Assembly: GCA_042219045.1 (NCBI GenBank)
Contig: JBDGQO010000076.1
Location: 1 to 28,059, forward strand
From: Candidatus Bipolaricaulia bacterium
GTDB lineage: Bacteria; Bipolaricaulota; Bipolaricaulia; RBG-16-55-9
Direction of reading: 5' to 3'
Length of the DNA stretch: 28,059 bases
Part shown: one piece after another, positions 1-9,341 of the stretch
Numbering within the stretch: the stretch's first letter is position 1
Layout of the letters: every line of letters begins with the position of its first letter
Position numbers and translations under genes: made by a program
Notes under the pieces: generated by a model
Told to the model about the DNA's origin: nothing
The model's database searches: none
The model's input: only the letters and a program-made list of their open reading frames with translations

Positions 1-1764
1 CACGATGGGGCGGCCGTGCGGACAGCGGTACGGGTTGTCCAGGGTCCGCAGCTCGGCCACCAACTGCTGCATCTCGGCCTCCGATAGCCGGGTGTGCTGG
101 ACCACGGCCGCCCCGCACGCTCGATCGGCCGCCAACGCTTCGGCGAGCGCTTCGGGATCAAGCTCGTCCTCATGCGCCAACGTTTCCATCAGCCGTTCCA
201 ATGTCGCAAGCACGTCGTCCTTCGTCAGATCCTTGGAAAAGACGTCGGGCCAGTCGCGCACCACAAACGTCCCGCCGCCGAACGGCTCCAGGCCGATGCC
301 CATCTCTCGATCCAGGGTTTCAACGTGGGGTTCCAACCGCTCGGCCTCGTCAGCTGAGAGCTCCAGCGTCATGGGAATCAACAGTCGCTGGCGGCGGATC
401 TCGCCCTGGGTCATCTGCCTGAGGAAGCGTTCGTAGAGGACGCGTTCGTGGGCGACGTGCTGGTCAATCAGCTCCAATCCCTCTTCCGTCTGCACCAAGA
501 GATACGTCCCGTGGAGTTGGCCGATGACGCGATCGGGGCCCTCCCCGCTCGAGGGATCGGACGGCGCCGAGGCCGACGATGGGTCTTGACGTTGGGGATC
601 CGCATCCTCAGCTGAGTCGTCTGGAGACGCAGCTTGCGCGTCGCCGATGGCTTGGCGCAGGTCGAACGAGCGCGGCACGTTGCTCGGCTTCGCTCCAAGT
701 TGGGGTTTGGCGGGCTGCGCTGGGCCGGACTGCTGGCTCGCGGACGCGCTGGGGGCCGAGATCGACGTCTGCGCGCCGCCGGCCAGAAGCGCCTCGCTCA
801 CGGCCCGCTTCAGCTCGCCCTGCACATGCCGGACATTGGCAAATCGGACTTCCTCCTTTTTCGGATGGACGTTGACGTCGACCTGCTCGGGGTCGACGCG
901 CAGAAACAGGAACGCGATCGGGTGACGGTCCTTGTCGATTAGCCCCTCGTAGGCCCGCTTCAGCGCATACCCGAGCGCGGCGTCGCGGACGTGGCGCCCG
1001 TTGACGAAGAGGAACTGCTCGTTGCGGTCGGCGCGCGCCCGGTCCGCAGGGGCGACGAAGCCGTGCACGCGAATCTCGTTCCCTTCGGAGCGGGCCTCGA
1101 CGAGCGACTTGGCCAGCTCCGCGTCGTAGAGATGGGCGATCGCCTCGCGCGTGTCGCGGGCGGGCGGGGACTCCAGGACCGTCTTCGCCCCGCTCTCGAG
1201 CTTGACGTGGACGCTCGGATAGGCGAGCGCGAAGCGCTTCACCGTGCGCGAGATGTGGGTCGACTCGGTCCGTTCCGTCTTGAGAAACTTGCGACGGGCC
1301 GGGGTGTTATGGAAGAGGTCGCGGATCTCGATCGTCGTGCCGGGGCGTCGGCCCTCCGAGCGCGGCTCGCCGATGACGCCGCCGTCGACGTCGACGCGCG
1401 TGGCCGCCTCGTCATCCGCGGTTCGTGTCGTGATCGTCGCTCGGGAGACCTCGACGATGCTGGCGAGCGCCTCGCCGCGGAAGCCGAGCGTGGCGATGCG
1501 CTCCAGATCGGTCTCGGTGCGGATCTTGCTCGTGGTGTGGCGCCGGATCGCCAACATCAGGTCGTCGGCGCTCATCCCTGCGCCGTCGTCGACGATCCGG
1601 ATCCGATCGATGCCGCCGCTGTCGATGGCGACCTCGATGCGCTCGCTGCCCGCGTCGAGGCTGTTTTCCATGAGTTCCTTGACGACGGACGCCGGCCGCT
1701 CGATAACCTCACCGGCGGCGATTTTGTTGACCAGGTGCGCGTCAAGCTCCTGGACGCGAGTCAC
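1..1764 (-). CDS. mutL: DNA mismatch repair endonuclease MutL (3' end runs off the window)
   Basis: Not in the ORF track; translated by hand from GTG at 1764: MTRVQELDAHLVNKIAAGEVIERPASVVKELMENSLDAG. C-terminal endonuclease motifs DQHVAHERVLYE (about 430-465) and CPHGRP (about 7-24). GTGA overlap with the upstream gene's stop. Confidence 0.97.
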   Translation of the reverse strand, partial: MTRVQELDAHLVNKIAAGEVIERPASVVKELMENSLDAGSERIEVAIDSGGIDRIRIVDDGAGMSADDLMLAIRRHTTSKIRTETDLERIATLGFRGEALASIVEVSRATITTRTADDEAATRVDVDGGVIGEPRSEGRRPGTTIEIRDLFHNTPARRKFLKTERTESTHISRTVKRFALAYPSVHVKLESGAKTVLESPPARDTREAIAHLYDAELAKSLVEARSEGNEIRVHGFVAPADRARADRNEQFLFVNGRHVRDAALGYALKRAYEGLIDKDRHPIAFLFLRVDPEQVDVNVHPKKEEVRFANVRHVQGELKRAVSEALLAGGAQTSISAPSASASQQSGPAQPAKPQLGAKPSNVPRSFDLRQAIGDAQAASPDDSAEDADPQRQDPSSASAPSDPSSGEGPDRVIGQLHGTYLLVQTEEGLELIDQHVAHERVLYERFLRQMTQGEIRRQRLLIPMTLELSADEAERLEPHVETLDREMGIGLEPFGGGTFVVRDWPDVFSKDLTKDDVLATLERLMETLAHEDELDPEALAEALAADRACGAAVVQHTRLSEAEMQQLVAELRTLDNPYRCPHGRPIV

Positions 1765-3137
1765 TCCTCGAACTCCTCCTCCAGTTGCTCCTCGAGCGTC
1801 GCCAGTTTCGGCGTGGCCAGGACTTTGTCAACGCGATGGCCGTCCATGTCCATCACCTCGAAGTGCCACTTGCCCCAGTCGAAGACTTGGCCCTCCTGCG
1901 GGATGTCCTCCAGGCGCAGCACGACGAACCCGGCCAGCGTTTCGTAGTTATGCCGTTCCTCCTCCGGCACGTCGGGAAGCCCGAGCAGATCCTTCAACTC
2001 CTCGATGGGGAGCATGCCATCCAGGAGCCAGGAGCCGTCGTCGCGGCGCGTGGCGCGCGGCTCGGCGGGGCTTTCGGCCATGGGAAGCTCGCCGACAATG
2101 GCTTCCATAAGGTCGTTGAGCGTCACGAGCCCTTCGATGCCGCCGTGCTCGTCGACCACCAACGCCAGGTGAGTGCGCGCTTGCTTGAATCGGTCCAGGA
2201 CCTTGAGCCCCGACATCGTCTCCGGAACGAACAGCGGCTGGCGCAACGACCGCTTCAGGTCGATCCGTTCGCCCGCCAGGTTGCGATCGAGCAACTCCTT
2301 CGCCTTCACGATACCGTGAATGTCGTCCAAGCTCCCGCGGGCGACGGGGAAGCGCGAGAAGCCTGTCTCTTGGATCCGGTCCAGGTTCTCATCCAGGGAG
2401 TGCTCCAGGTCGAGCCAGACGATCTCGGTCCGCGGGGTCATAAGCGCGCCGACGCGCTGCTCGCGGAGCCGGAGGACGCTGTCGACCATGGCCTCCTCCC
2501 GTTCGGCCAGGACGCCCGCGTCGCGGCTGGAATCCATCAGGGTCTTCAGCTCGTCGATGGAGTGGACGAGGCTGTGCTCGCTGGCGGGTCGTAGGCCGAA
2601 CCCGCGCAACAGCAAGTTGCCGAGCCCGTTGAGGCCCATGATCGCCGGCCGGAAGATCGTCAGATAGATCTCTAAGGGGCGTGCAGTCCAGAGCGCCGTC
2701 CGCTCGGAGAGCTGAATGGCCAAGCTCTTGGGCGCCAATTCGCCCAGCACGATGTGGAGCGTCGTGATCACCGAAAACGCCACAGCGATGGCGAGTCCAT
2801 GGGCGCCAATATCGGCCCAGGGTGTCGGAAGCGCAGCGAACAAGGGCTCGATCAGGTGGGCCAACGCTGGCTCGCCGATCCAGCCGAGCGCCAGCGATGC
2901 CATCGTGATGCCGAGCTGGCAGGCGGCCAGATAGGCGTCCAAGTTCCGCGTGCCGCGATCGACGGCTTGCGACATCGGAACGCCGTCCTCGACGAGCTGC
3001 TCCACGCGGCTGCGCCGCACCGACACGAGCGCGAACTCGGCGGCGACGAAGAAGCCGTTGGCCAGCGCGAGCACCAGCACGGCAACAAGCCGGAAGGCGA
3101 TCCCTAAAGCGCCTGACGGGTCCTCCAACGCACTCAC
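1761..3137 (-). CDS. HlyC/CorC (CNNM/DUF21 + 2xCBS + CorC_HlyC) family membrane transporter
   Basis: NGFFVAAEFALVSVRRSR, LAACQLGITMASLALGWIGEP and HIVLGELAPKSLA (DUF21); MTPRTEI and FSRFPV (CBS); YETLAGFV and MDGHRVDKV (CorC). Confidence 0.93.
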   Translation of the reverse strand: MSALEDPSGALGIAFRLVAVLVLALANGFFVAAEFALVSVRRSRVEQLVEDGVPMSQAVDRGTRNLDAYLAACQLGITMASLALGWIGEPALAHLIEPLFAALPTPWADIGAHGLAIAVAFSVITTLHIVLGELAPKSLAIQLSERTALWTARPLEIYLTIFRPAIMGLNGLGNLLLRGFGLRPASEHSLVHSIDELKTLMDSSRDAGVLAEREEAMVDSVLRLREQRVGALMTPRTEIVWLDLEHSLDENLDRIQETGFSRFPVARGSLDDIHGIVKAKELLDRNLAGERIDLKRSLRQPLFVPETMSGLKVLDRFKQARTHLALVVDEHGGIEGLVTLNDLMEAIVGELPMAESPAEPRATRRDDGSWLLDGMLPIEELKDLLGLPDVPEEERHNYETLAGFVVLRLEDIPQEGQVFDWGKWHFEVMDMDGHRVDKVLATPKLATLEEQLEEEFEE

Positions 3138-3221
3138 CTCGCGGTGGATTGTCTCTGAAGCTTACCGTGTCCACGGTTCGCCTGTAAACGGACCGAGGGT
3201 TGTCTTCAACACCAAGCGGAA

Positions 3222-4418
3222 TCAGGGCTGGGCGGGTTGCAACGCTGCCGGCCGTTGTAGCGTCAACAGAACGGTCAAGATCAGCGCACTGAGCGTCACC
3301 GCGCCGAGGGCCCAGCCGACGCTCGACCAGGCGTCGGCCAGCACGCCGACGACGTTGACGAGCAGGCTGGCCATGCCCCAGGCGAAGCCCATGACGACGG
3401 CCGATGCCGTCCCGGTCTGCGCCGGCAGAAGCTCTTGGGCTTGGGTGACGATGACGGGGTTGCTGGCGTTGAGCAGCCCGCCGCCCAATAGCAACAAGAG
3501 CAGCGAAACAGCTCCGCTCGAGGCCAGAAAGCCGAGCGTGGCGGCCATGCCGAGCGTAAGCGCGCCGACGGTCACGGGCCAGCGGCCCCAGCGATCCGAG
3601 ACGTACCCGCCGGCGATGCCGCCCAGCGCCGCCATGAAGACAAACCCGAACAGCGCCAGGTTGCCCGCCAGATAATCCAGGCCGCGGTTCTCCAGCAGGA
3701 TGACGACGAAGCCGAGAATACCCAGATGGACGGTATGCCGCAGCACGACAAGCCCCCAGAGCCGGGCCAAGGGCGCCCAGGGCAGATCCGGGCTACGCAG
3801 CGACAAGCCCGTGCTCCCTGACGTCGTCGCGTCGGTGGTCGAGGTCGAGCGAGTGGGTCGATGGCACAGCCAGAACGTCGCGCCCAACGCGGCCAGCGGC
3901 AACAGCGCCACGGGGCTCTGTGCCATGCCCCAGCGGTCGATGAACAGCCCCATCAGCGCCGGCCCGAGCGCAAAGCCGACGGTCCCGCCGGCGACGAACA
4001 GCGACACCGCGAGGCCGCGGCGCGCGCCGCCGAGCTGGCCCGCGCCCGCCGCACCGCTGGGATGGAACGCGGCCGTCCCCAGCGACGCTCCCAACAGCGC
4101 GACCACGACGAGCGCGTAGCTCGGCAGCACCCCGACCAGGCTCATGAACGCGCCCGTCACGAGCGGCCCGATCAGCGCAAACGGGACAGCCGGCCAGCGG
4201 TCGGCGAGCCAGCCGAAGCCGATCTGGAAGAACGACCCGGCCGCATGGAACGTCGACAGGAGAACCGCCGTCATGGTGTAGTTGAGCTCGAAGGTCGACT
4301 TGAGCACCGGCAGGAAGCTGGGCAAAAAGTTGGCGTAGAGGTCGTTCGTGAAATGGGCCAGCAACAGCCCGACGAGCGGGAACGTGCCGGTCGAGACAGC
4401 AGTCGAGGAACGGCCCAT
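3222..4418 (-). CDS. MFS transporter (Fsr-like)
   Basis: 398 aa with about 12 hydrophobic segments; AHFTNDLYANFLP, MFS motif A GWLADRW / GYVSDRWGRW, AAFHP. Confidence 0.88.
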   Translation of the reverse strand: MGRSSTAVSTGTFPLVGLLLAHFTNDLYANFLPSFLPVLKSTFELNYTMTAVLLSTFHAAGSFFQIGFGWLADRWPAVPFALIGPLVTGAFMSLVGVLPSYALVVVALLGASLGTAAFHPSGAAGAGQLGGARRGLAVSLFVAGGTVGFALGPALMGLFIDRWGMAQSPVALLPLAALGATFWLCHRPTRSTSTTDATTSGSTGLSLRSPDLPWAPLARLWGLVVLRHTVHLGILGFVVILLENRGLDYLAGNLALFGFVFMAALGGIAGGYVSDRWGRWPVTVGALTLGMAATLGFLASSGAVSLLLLLLGGGLLNASNPVIVTQAQELLPAQTGTASAVVMGFAWGMASLLVNVVGVLADAWSSVGWALGAVTLSALILTVLLTLQRPAALQPAQP

Positions 4419-4458
4419 GATCGAATGAGTCTAGGCCCGTGGCTTACCCCGCGCAACC

Positions 4459-5664
4459 TCAGCGCCGCACGGCGAACAGTCGATCCATGAGCTGGTGGCC
4501 CTGATCAATGAAAATGTCCGTCTCGCGCGCAGCTCGCTCGTGATAGGCCTCGGCTCCAGCGGCAAACGACGCATCCGAGCGCTGCAGCACGAAGGGCACC
4601 GGATCGGCCGTGTGGACGCGCGTCGTCAAGGACGTCGGATGATCGGGCAACACCAGAACGGCCGCGTCCTTGAAGTCCTCAAGGCCATCGACGATTGGCC
4701 CCACGATGCGGGCGTCGAAGTCTCGGATCGCCTGGAGCTTCGTGTCGACGTCCCCTTCGTGGCTCACCTCGTCGGGCGCCTCCACATGGACCAGGACGAG
4801 GTCGTCGCCCTCGTGGAGCACCTCCAGTGCCCCGCCGGCCTTGGCCTCGTAGTTCGTGTCGACATACCCCGTCATGCCGGGCACGTCAACGACGTCGAGC
4901 CCCGCGAGCGACCCGAGCCCGCGCACCAGATCGACGGCCGAGATGACCGAGCCGGCCAATTCGAACCGCTCGGGAATCGTCGGCAACGATGGACTCGGGC
5001 CGGCCCCCCAGAGCCAGATCGCGTTGGCGTCGGTATGGTGATCGAGGTCTTCCATGGCCGCCCGGCCTCGATCCATCAGCTCACGGAGGGCTTGCGCCCC
5101 GTCAGCCCCCTCGGGATGGGGCAGATGGGGATCGATGGGCTCGCCGGGAATGTCGTGGGGCCCAACGAGGGACAAATCCCTCATCAGTTCGGCGCCATCG
5201 CGCCAGACAACCAGATGGCGGTAGCCGACGCCCTGGTGGAGTTCGATCCCGTCCGTCTCCAGTTCCCGTTTCAGCGCCTTGACCAACGGCTTGGCCTGTT
5301 GGTCGCTGAGATGGCCGCCGCTGTGGTCCACCATGAGGGTCTGGCCATCGCGTTCCTCGAGCGTCACCAGGTTGCAGCGGATGGCGACGTCGTCAGGGCC
5401 GAGCTCGATGCCCTGACTAGCCGCCTCAATCGGCGCTCGTCCCGTAAAGTAGACGTTGGGATCGTACCCGAGAATGCTCAGGTGGCCGATGTCGCTCCCC
5501 GAAGTGAAGCCACGGGGAATGGTCCGGACCATCCCCATTAGGCTCGCTTGTTGGGCGAGTGCGTCCATGCGCGGCGTCTCGGCGACCTCCAGGGGCGTCT
5601 GCCCGTCTAGCGCTTCAACGGGATCGTCGGCCATGCCGTCGCCAACCAGGATGACATACTTCAT
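4459..5664 (-). CDS. apgM: Cofactor-independent phosphoglycerate mutase family (ApgM-like; proposed homoserine kinase subfamily)
   Basis: True start most likely ATG at 5664 (MKYVILVGDGMAD), in ATGA overlap with the thrC stop. GSDIGHLSILGY, HVEAPDEVSHEG and PDHPT metal-binding motifs of the alkaline phosphatase superfamily. Confidence 0.88.
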   Translation of the reverse strand: MKYVILVGDGMADDPVEALDGQTPLEVAETPRMDALAQQASLMGMVRTIPRGFTSGSDIGHLSILGYDPNVYFTGRAPIEAASQGIELGPDDVAIRCNLVTLEERDGQTLMVDHSGGHLSDQQAKPLVKALKRELETDGIELHQGVGYRHLVVWRDGAELMRDLSLVGPHDIPGEPIDPHLPHPEGADGAQALRELMDRGRAAMEDLDHHTDANAIWLWGAGPSPSLPTIPERFELAGSVISAVDLVRGLGSLAGLDVVDVPGMTGYVDTNYEAKAGGALEVLHEGDDLVLVHVEAPDEVSHEGDVDTKLQAIRDFDARIVGPIVDGLEDFKDAAVLVLPDHPTSLTTRVHTADPVPFVLQRSDASFAAGAEAYHERAARETDIFIDQGHQLMDRLFAVRR

Positions 5665-6719
5665 AAATCCATCGCCTCCACAAGCGCGTCCATATCCGCC
5701 TCGACGCGTGTCGGCTTGACCGACGCCGTCTCGATCGCCCGATCGGGGTCCTTCAAGCCGTGGCCCGTGAGCGTGCACACGACCATCGAGCCGTCCTTGA
5801 AATAGCCTTCAGAAGCCAGCTTAAAGACGCCCGCCACGCCGGCGGCGGAGGCCGGCTCGCAGAAGACGCCTTCCTTGGAGGCCAGCAGGCCGTATGCGTC
5901 GGTGATCTCGTCGTCGGTGACGACCCCGATTCGGCCATGGGATTCGTCCTTGGCGGCCAAGGCGTTGCGCCAGCTCGCCGGGTTCCCGATCTTGATCGCC
6001 GTCGCGACGGTGTCGGGATGCGCTACCGCGTGACCGTGCGCGATGGGCGCCGCGCCCTCGGCCTGGAAGCCGAGCATGCCGGGGACACAGTCGATAACGC
6101 CGGCATCATGATAGTCGCAATAGCCCTTCCAATACGCCGTGATGTTGCCCGCGTTGCCCACGGGCATCGCGTGGAAGTCGGGCATTCGGCCGAGCGCGTC
6201 GCAGACCTCAAACGCGGCCGTCTTCTGGCCCTCGATGCGATACGGGTTGACCGAGTTGACCAGCGTCACGGGATGGCGCTCGGCGATCTCGCGGACCACC
6301 TGCAGGGCCTCATCGAACAGTCCCGTGATCTGCAAGACGCGCGCGCCGTGCATCGTCGACTGGGCCAGCTTGCCGAGCGCAATGTTCCCCTCGGGCACCA
6401 CGACGAAGCACTCCAAGCCGGCACGGGCGGCGTAGGCCGCGGCAGACGCCGCCGTGTTGCCCGTTGAGGCACAGATAACCGCCTGAGCACCTTCGTCGAC
6501 GGCCCGCGAGACCGCCACCGTCATGCCGCGATCTTTGAATGAGCCCGTCGGGTTGAGCCCCTCAAATTTGACATAGAGGTCCAAATCGACGGGGAGCTGG
6601 GCTTCCACGGACGCCGCACGGACAAGCGGCGTGGTCCCCTCCAGAAGCGTCACGATGGACGTATCGTCCAGTGTCGGCAGATGATGGCGGTAGCGCTCGA
6701 TAATGCCGACGTCACGCAT
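5661..6719 (-). CDS. thrC: Threonine synthase
   Basis: EGLNPTGSFKDRG (PLP Lys), CASTGNTAASAAAY, NSVNPYRIEGQKT, PVGNAGNI, TGHGLKDP. Confidence 0.96.
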   Translation of the reverse strand: MRDVGIIERYRHHLPTLDDTSIVTLLEGTTPLVRAASVEAQLPVDLDLYVKFEGLNPTGSFKDRGMTVAVSRAVDEGAQAVICASTGNTAASAAAYAARAGLECFVVVPEGNIALGKLAQSTMHGARVLQITGLFDEALQVVREIAERHPVTLVNSVNPYRIEGQKTAAFEVCDALGRMPDFHAMPVGNAGNITAYWKGYCDYHDAGVIDCVPGMLGFQAEGAAPIAHGHAVAHPDTVATAIKIGNPASWRNALAAKDESHGRIGVVTDDEITDAYGLLASKEGVFCEPASAAGVAGVFKLASEGYFKDGSMVVCTLTGHGLKDPDRAIETASVKPTRVEADMDALVEAMDL

Positions 6720-6815
6720 GGCAATCCCTCACAGACGGTCTCGTGTGATTTATTCTTCGACGGAAATCGACTTTCTCAGGCCCGCGTCAAATGCGCTATA
6801 TAGGTCCTTCGGGAT

Positions 6816-6844
6816 TTGACACCCGCCCGAGGCGCTCGTATATG
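6816..6844 (+). promoter_or_regulatory. Sigma70-type promoter for asd-lysC-hom
   Basis: TTGACA (6816-6821), 17 nt, TATATG (6839-6844), about 40 nt upstream of the asd ATG. Confidence 0.6.
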
Positions 6845-6882
6845 TTTACCTTACGCTTTGCTTGAGAGGCAACCGATCATCC

Positions 6883-7944
6883 ATGACGCAACGAATTCAA
6901 GTCGGCGTCCTCGGCGCAACGGGAACCGTGGGACAACGCTTCGTCCAGCTGCTGGACGGCCACCCGTGGTTTGAGCTGAGCGCTCTCGCCGCCTCCGAGC
7001 GCTCGGCCGGGCAGCGCTACGCCGACGCCTGTGCCTGGAAGTTGCCGACGCCAATGCCGGAGGCCGTCAAAGATCTCATCGTCTCGGAACCGACGCCCGG
7101 AGCCATCGACGCCCCCGTCGTCTTCTCGGGGCTGACAAGCGACGCGGCAACGTCCGTCGAGCCGGCGTTCGCGGAGGCGGGCCATGCCGTCATCAGCAAC
7201 GCCAGCTCCTTCCGCATGGCGCCGGATGTGCCGTTGTTGATCCCGGAAATCAACGCCGATCACGTTGACTTGATCGAGACGCAACGGCGGACCCGAGGCT
7301 GGCCCGGTTTCATCGTGACCAACCCGAACTGTTCGACGATTGCCCTCTGCCTCGCGCTAGCGCCCTTGGAGGATCAGTTCGGCATCGACCAGGTCGTGGC
7401 AACGACCCTGCAAGCCATCTCCGGGGCCGGCTATCCGGGCCTCCCCTCGCTCGACATCATGGGAAACGTGCTTCCGAATATTCCGAAGGAAGAGACGAAA
7501 ATGGAGAACGAGACCCGCAAAATCTTCGGCCAGCTGACGGGAGACCGATTTGAGGCCCACGAGATGGCCTTGAGCGTCACCACGACCCGCGTCCCCGTCG
7601 TCGAGGGTCACACAGAGAGCGTCTCGATCAGTCTGGCGGAACAGCCCGCCATTGACGAGGTCCAGGCCGCGCTCCACGCGTACCGTTCGTTGCCGCAGGA
7701 GCGCGACCTGCCGAGTGCCCCGTGTCAACCCGTCGTCGTTACCGACGACCCCGACCGCCCACAGCCCCGGTTGGACAACGACCGCGAAGCCGGAATGGCG
7801 ACCGTCGTCGGGCGGCTTCGGCCCTGCCCCGTGCTGGGGATCAAGCTGGTGCTGTTGGGCCACAACACCCTTCGCGGAGCCGCCGGCGCGTCGGTGCTCA
7901 ACGCGGAGCTGTTGCACGCCGAAGGAGTTCTGCCCCGTTCATGA
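6883..7944 (+). CDS. asd: Aspartate-semialdehyde dehydrogenase (archaeal/fungal-type subfamily)
   Basis: ATG at 6883; VGVLGATGTVGQRFVQLLDGHPWF, catalytic TNPNCST, QAISGAGYPG, HNTLRGAAG. Confidence 0.96.
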   Translation: MTQRIQVGVLGATGTVGQRFVQLLDGHPWFELSALAASERSAGQRYADACAWKLPTPMPEAVKDLIVSEPTPGAIDAPVVFSGLTSDAATSVEPAFAEAGHAVISNASSFRMAPDVPLLIPEINADHVDLIETQRRTRGWPGFIVTNPNCSTIALCLALAPLEDQFGIDQVVATTLQAISGAGYPGLPSLDIMGNVLPNIPKEETKMENETRKIFGQLTGDRFEAHEMALSVTTTRVPVVEGHTESVSISLAEQPAIDEVQAALHAYRSLPQERDLPSAPCQPVVVTDDPDRPQPRLDNDREAGMATVVGRLRPCPVLGIKLVLLGHNTLRGAAGASVLNAELLHAEGVLPRS

Positions 7945-9341
7945 TCGTCATGAAGTTCGGCGGCACCTCCGTTGGCGGGGCGGCCGCCATGGAGGCCGTC
8001 ATGAGGGCCGTCGAATCCCGACGGAATCGTCAGCCGGTCGTCGTGACCTCGGCGATGCGCGGCGTCACCGACGCGCTCAGCGCTTGCGCCGATGCCGCCA
8101 CCCGGGGGGACGAGAGCGGCGCTGTCGGCCATTTGGACAAGCTCGCCGAACGCCATCGCACCGCCGCCCGCCAGCTGCTCGACGACGGCGAGGCGTTGAC
8201 GGAGCTTGAATCGTGGCTGGAATCCCAGGTTGAGGAGATGCGCACGCTCCTGAAGGGCTTGGCCATCTTGGGTGAGCTCACGCCCCGCTCGCTCGACGCG
8301 CTGCTGGCCTACGGCGAACGCCTCTCGACCCGGATTCTCCAAGCCGCCATGGCCGAGCGCGGGCTGGCGGTGGCGTGGATCGATGCCCGAGAGGTCGTCG
8401 TCACCGATCGTCACTTCGGGCAGGCAACGCCGCTTGTGGACGAGAGCCGCGAGCGAGCCGAGCGGCTGAGAGCCGCGGCAGAGGCGGGGCAGATCCCCGT
8501 GACTCAGGGCTTTGTCGGCGCCACGGCCGACGGCACGACCACGACGCTCGGCCGCGGCGGCTCGGATTACTCGGCCGCGTTTTTGGCCCAAATCCTGGAC
8601 GCCGAGGAGATCGAGATCTGGACCGATGTGAAAGGCGTCATGACGGCGGACCCCGAGGTGGTCCCGGAGGCCCATCCCGTCCCGGAGCTGTCGTATGCGG
8701 AGGCCGCCGAGTTGGCCTACTTCGGCGCCCAAGTGCTCCATCCGCTCACGGTCGCCCCTGCCGTGGAAGCCCATATTCCCCTGTCGATCTTGAACACGTT
8801 TGAACCGGAAGCACCTGGGACGCGAATCGTCCGCGAGGCCCGCTACGACGATCACGCCGTCAAAGCGATCACGGCCATCCACGGCCTCAGCCTCGTGACC
8901 ATTGCCGGCCGCGGCATGCTCGGGATCCCCGGCGTCGCCGCGCGCGTCTTCTCAGCGGTTGCAGAGGAAGGGATCAACGTGCTGATGATCTCGCAGGCCT
9001 CGTCGGAGCAGAGCATCTGTTTTCTGGTCGCCTCGGATGAGGCCGATCGCGCCATCCGAGCGCTGGAGACGGCGTTTGAGCGCGAGCGCCATCGCCATAC
9101 CGTCGATCGGGTCGACGCCCAGACCGAGGTGGCGATCCTTGCCGTCGTCGGCGCCGGCATGAAGGGGACGCCCGGGGTTGCCGGGAAGCTCTTCGGCACG
9201 CTCGGGGCCAAGGGCATCAACGTCGTCTCCATCGCCCAGGGCTCGTCGGAGTACAACCTGTCGATTGTCGTCGATGAGCACGACGCGGACGCCGCGATGC
9301 GCGGGATTCACCGCGAGTTCAAGTTGGGGGGAGGGGAATGA
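7941..9341 (+). CDS. lysC: Aspartate kinase with two ACT domains
   Basis: True start ATG 7941 (MIVMKFGGTSVG) in ATGA overlap with asd; TTLGRGGSDYSAA, IWTDVKGVMTADP, ISQASSE and IAQGSSE ACT motifs. Confidence 0.95.
   Translation: MIVMKFGGTSVGGAAAMEAVMRAVESRRNRQPVVVTSAMRGVTDALSACADAATRGDESGAVGHLDKLAERHRTAARQLLDDGEALTELESWLESQVEEMRTLLKGLAILGELTPRSLDALLAYGERLSTRILQAAMAERGLAVAWIDAREVVVTDRHFGQATPLVDESRERAERLRAAAEAGQIPVTQGFVGATADGTTTTLGRGGSDYSAAFLAQILDAEEIEIWTDVKGVMTADPEVVPEAHPVPELSYAEAAELAYFGAQVLHPLTVAPAVEAHIPLSILNTFEPEAPGTRIVREARYDDHAVKAITAIHGLSLVTIAGRGMLGIPGVAARVFSAVAEEGINVLMISQASSEQSICFLVASDEADRAIRALETAFERERHRHTVDRVDAQTEVAILAVVGAGMKGTPGVAGKLFGTLGAKGINVVSIAQGSSEYNLSIVVDEHDADAAMRGIHREFKLGGGE

Noticed and set aside
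5..2110. Long plus-strand ORFs (991-1947, 1244-2110 and others)
   Set aside because: Antisense shadows of mutL and the HlyC/CorC gene, typical of high-GC DNA; no family motifs. The same applies to most overlapping ORFs in the track.
1761..3137. Hemolysin/virulence interpretation of the HlyC/CorC gene
   Set aside because: This family is a widespread CBS-domain Mg2+/metal transporter group; nothing here supports a toxin role.
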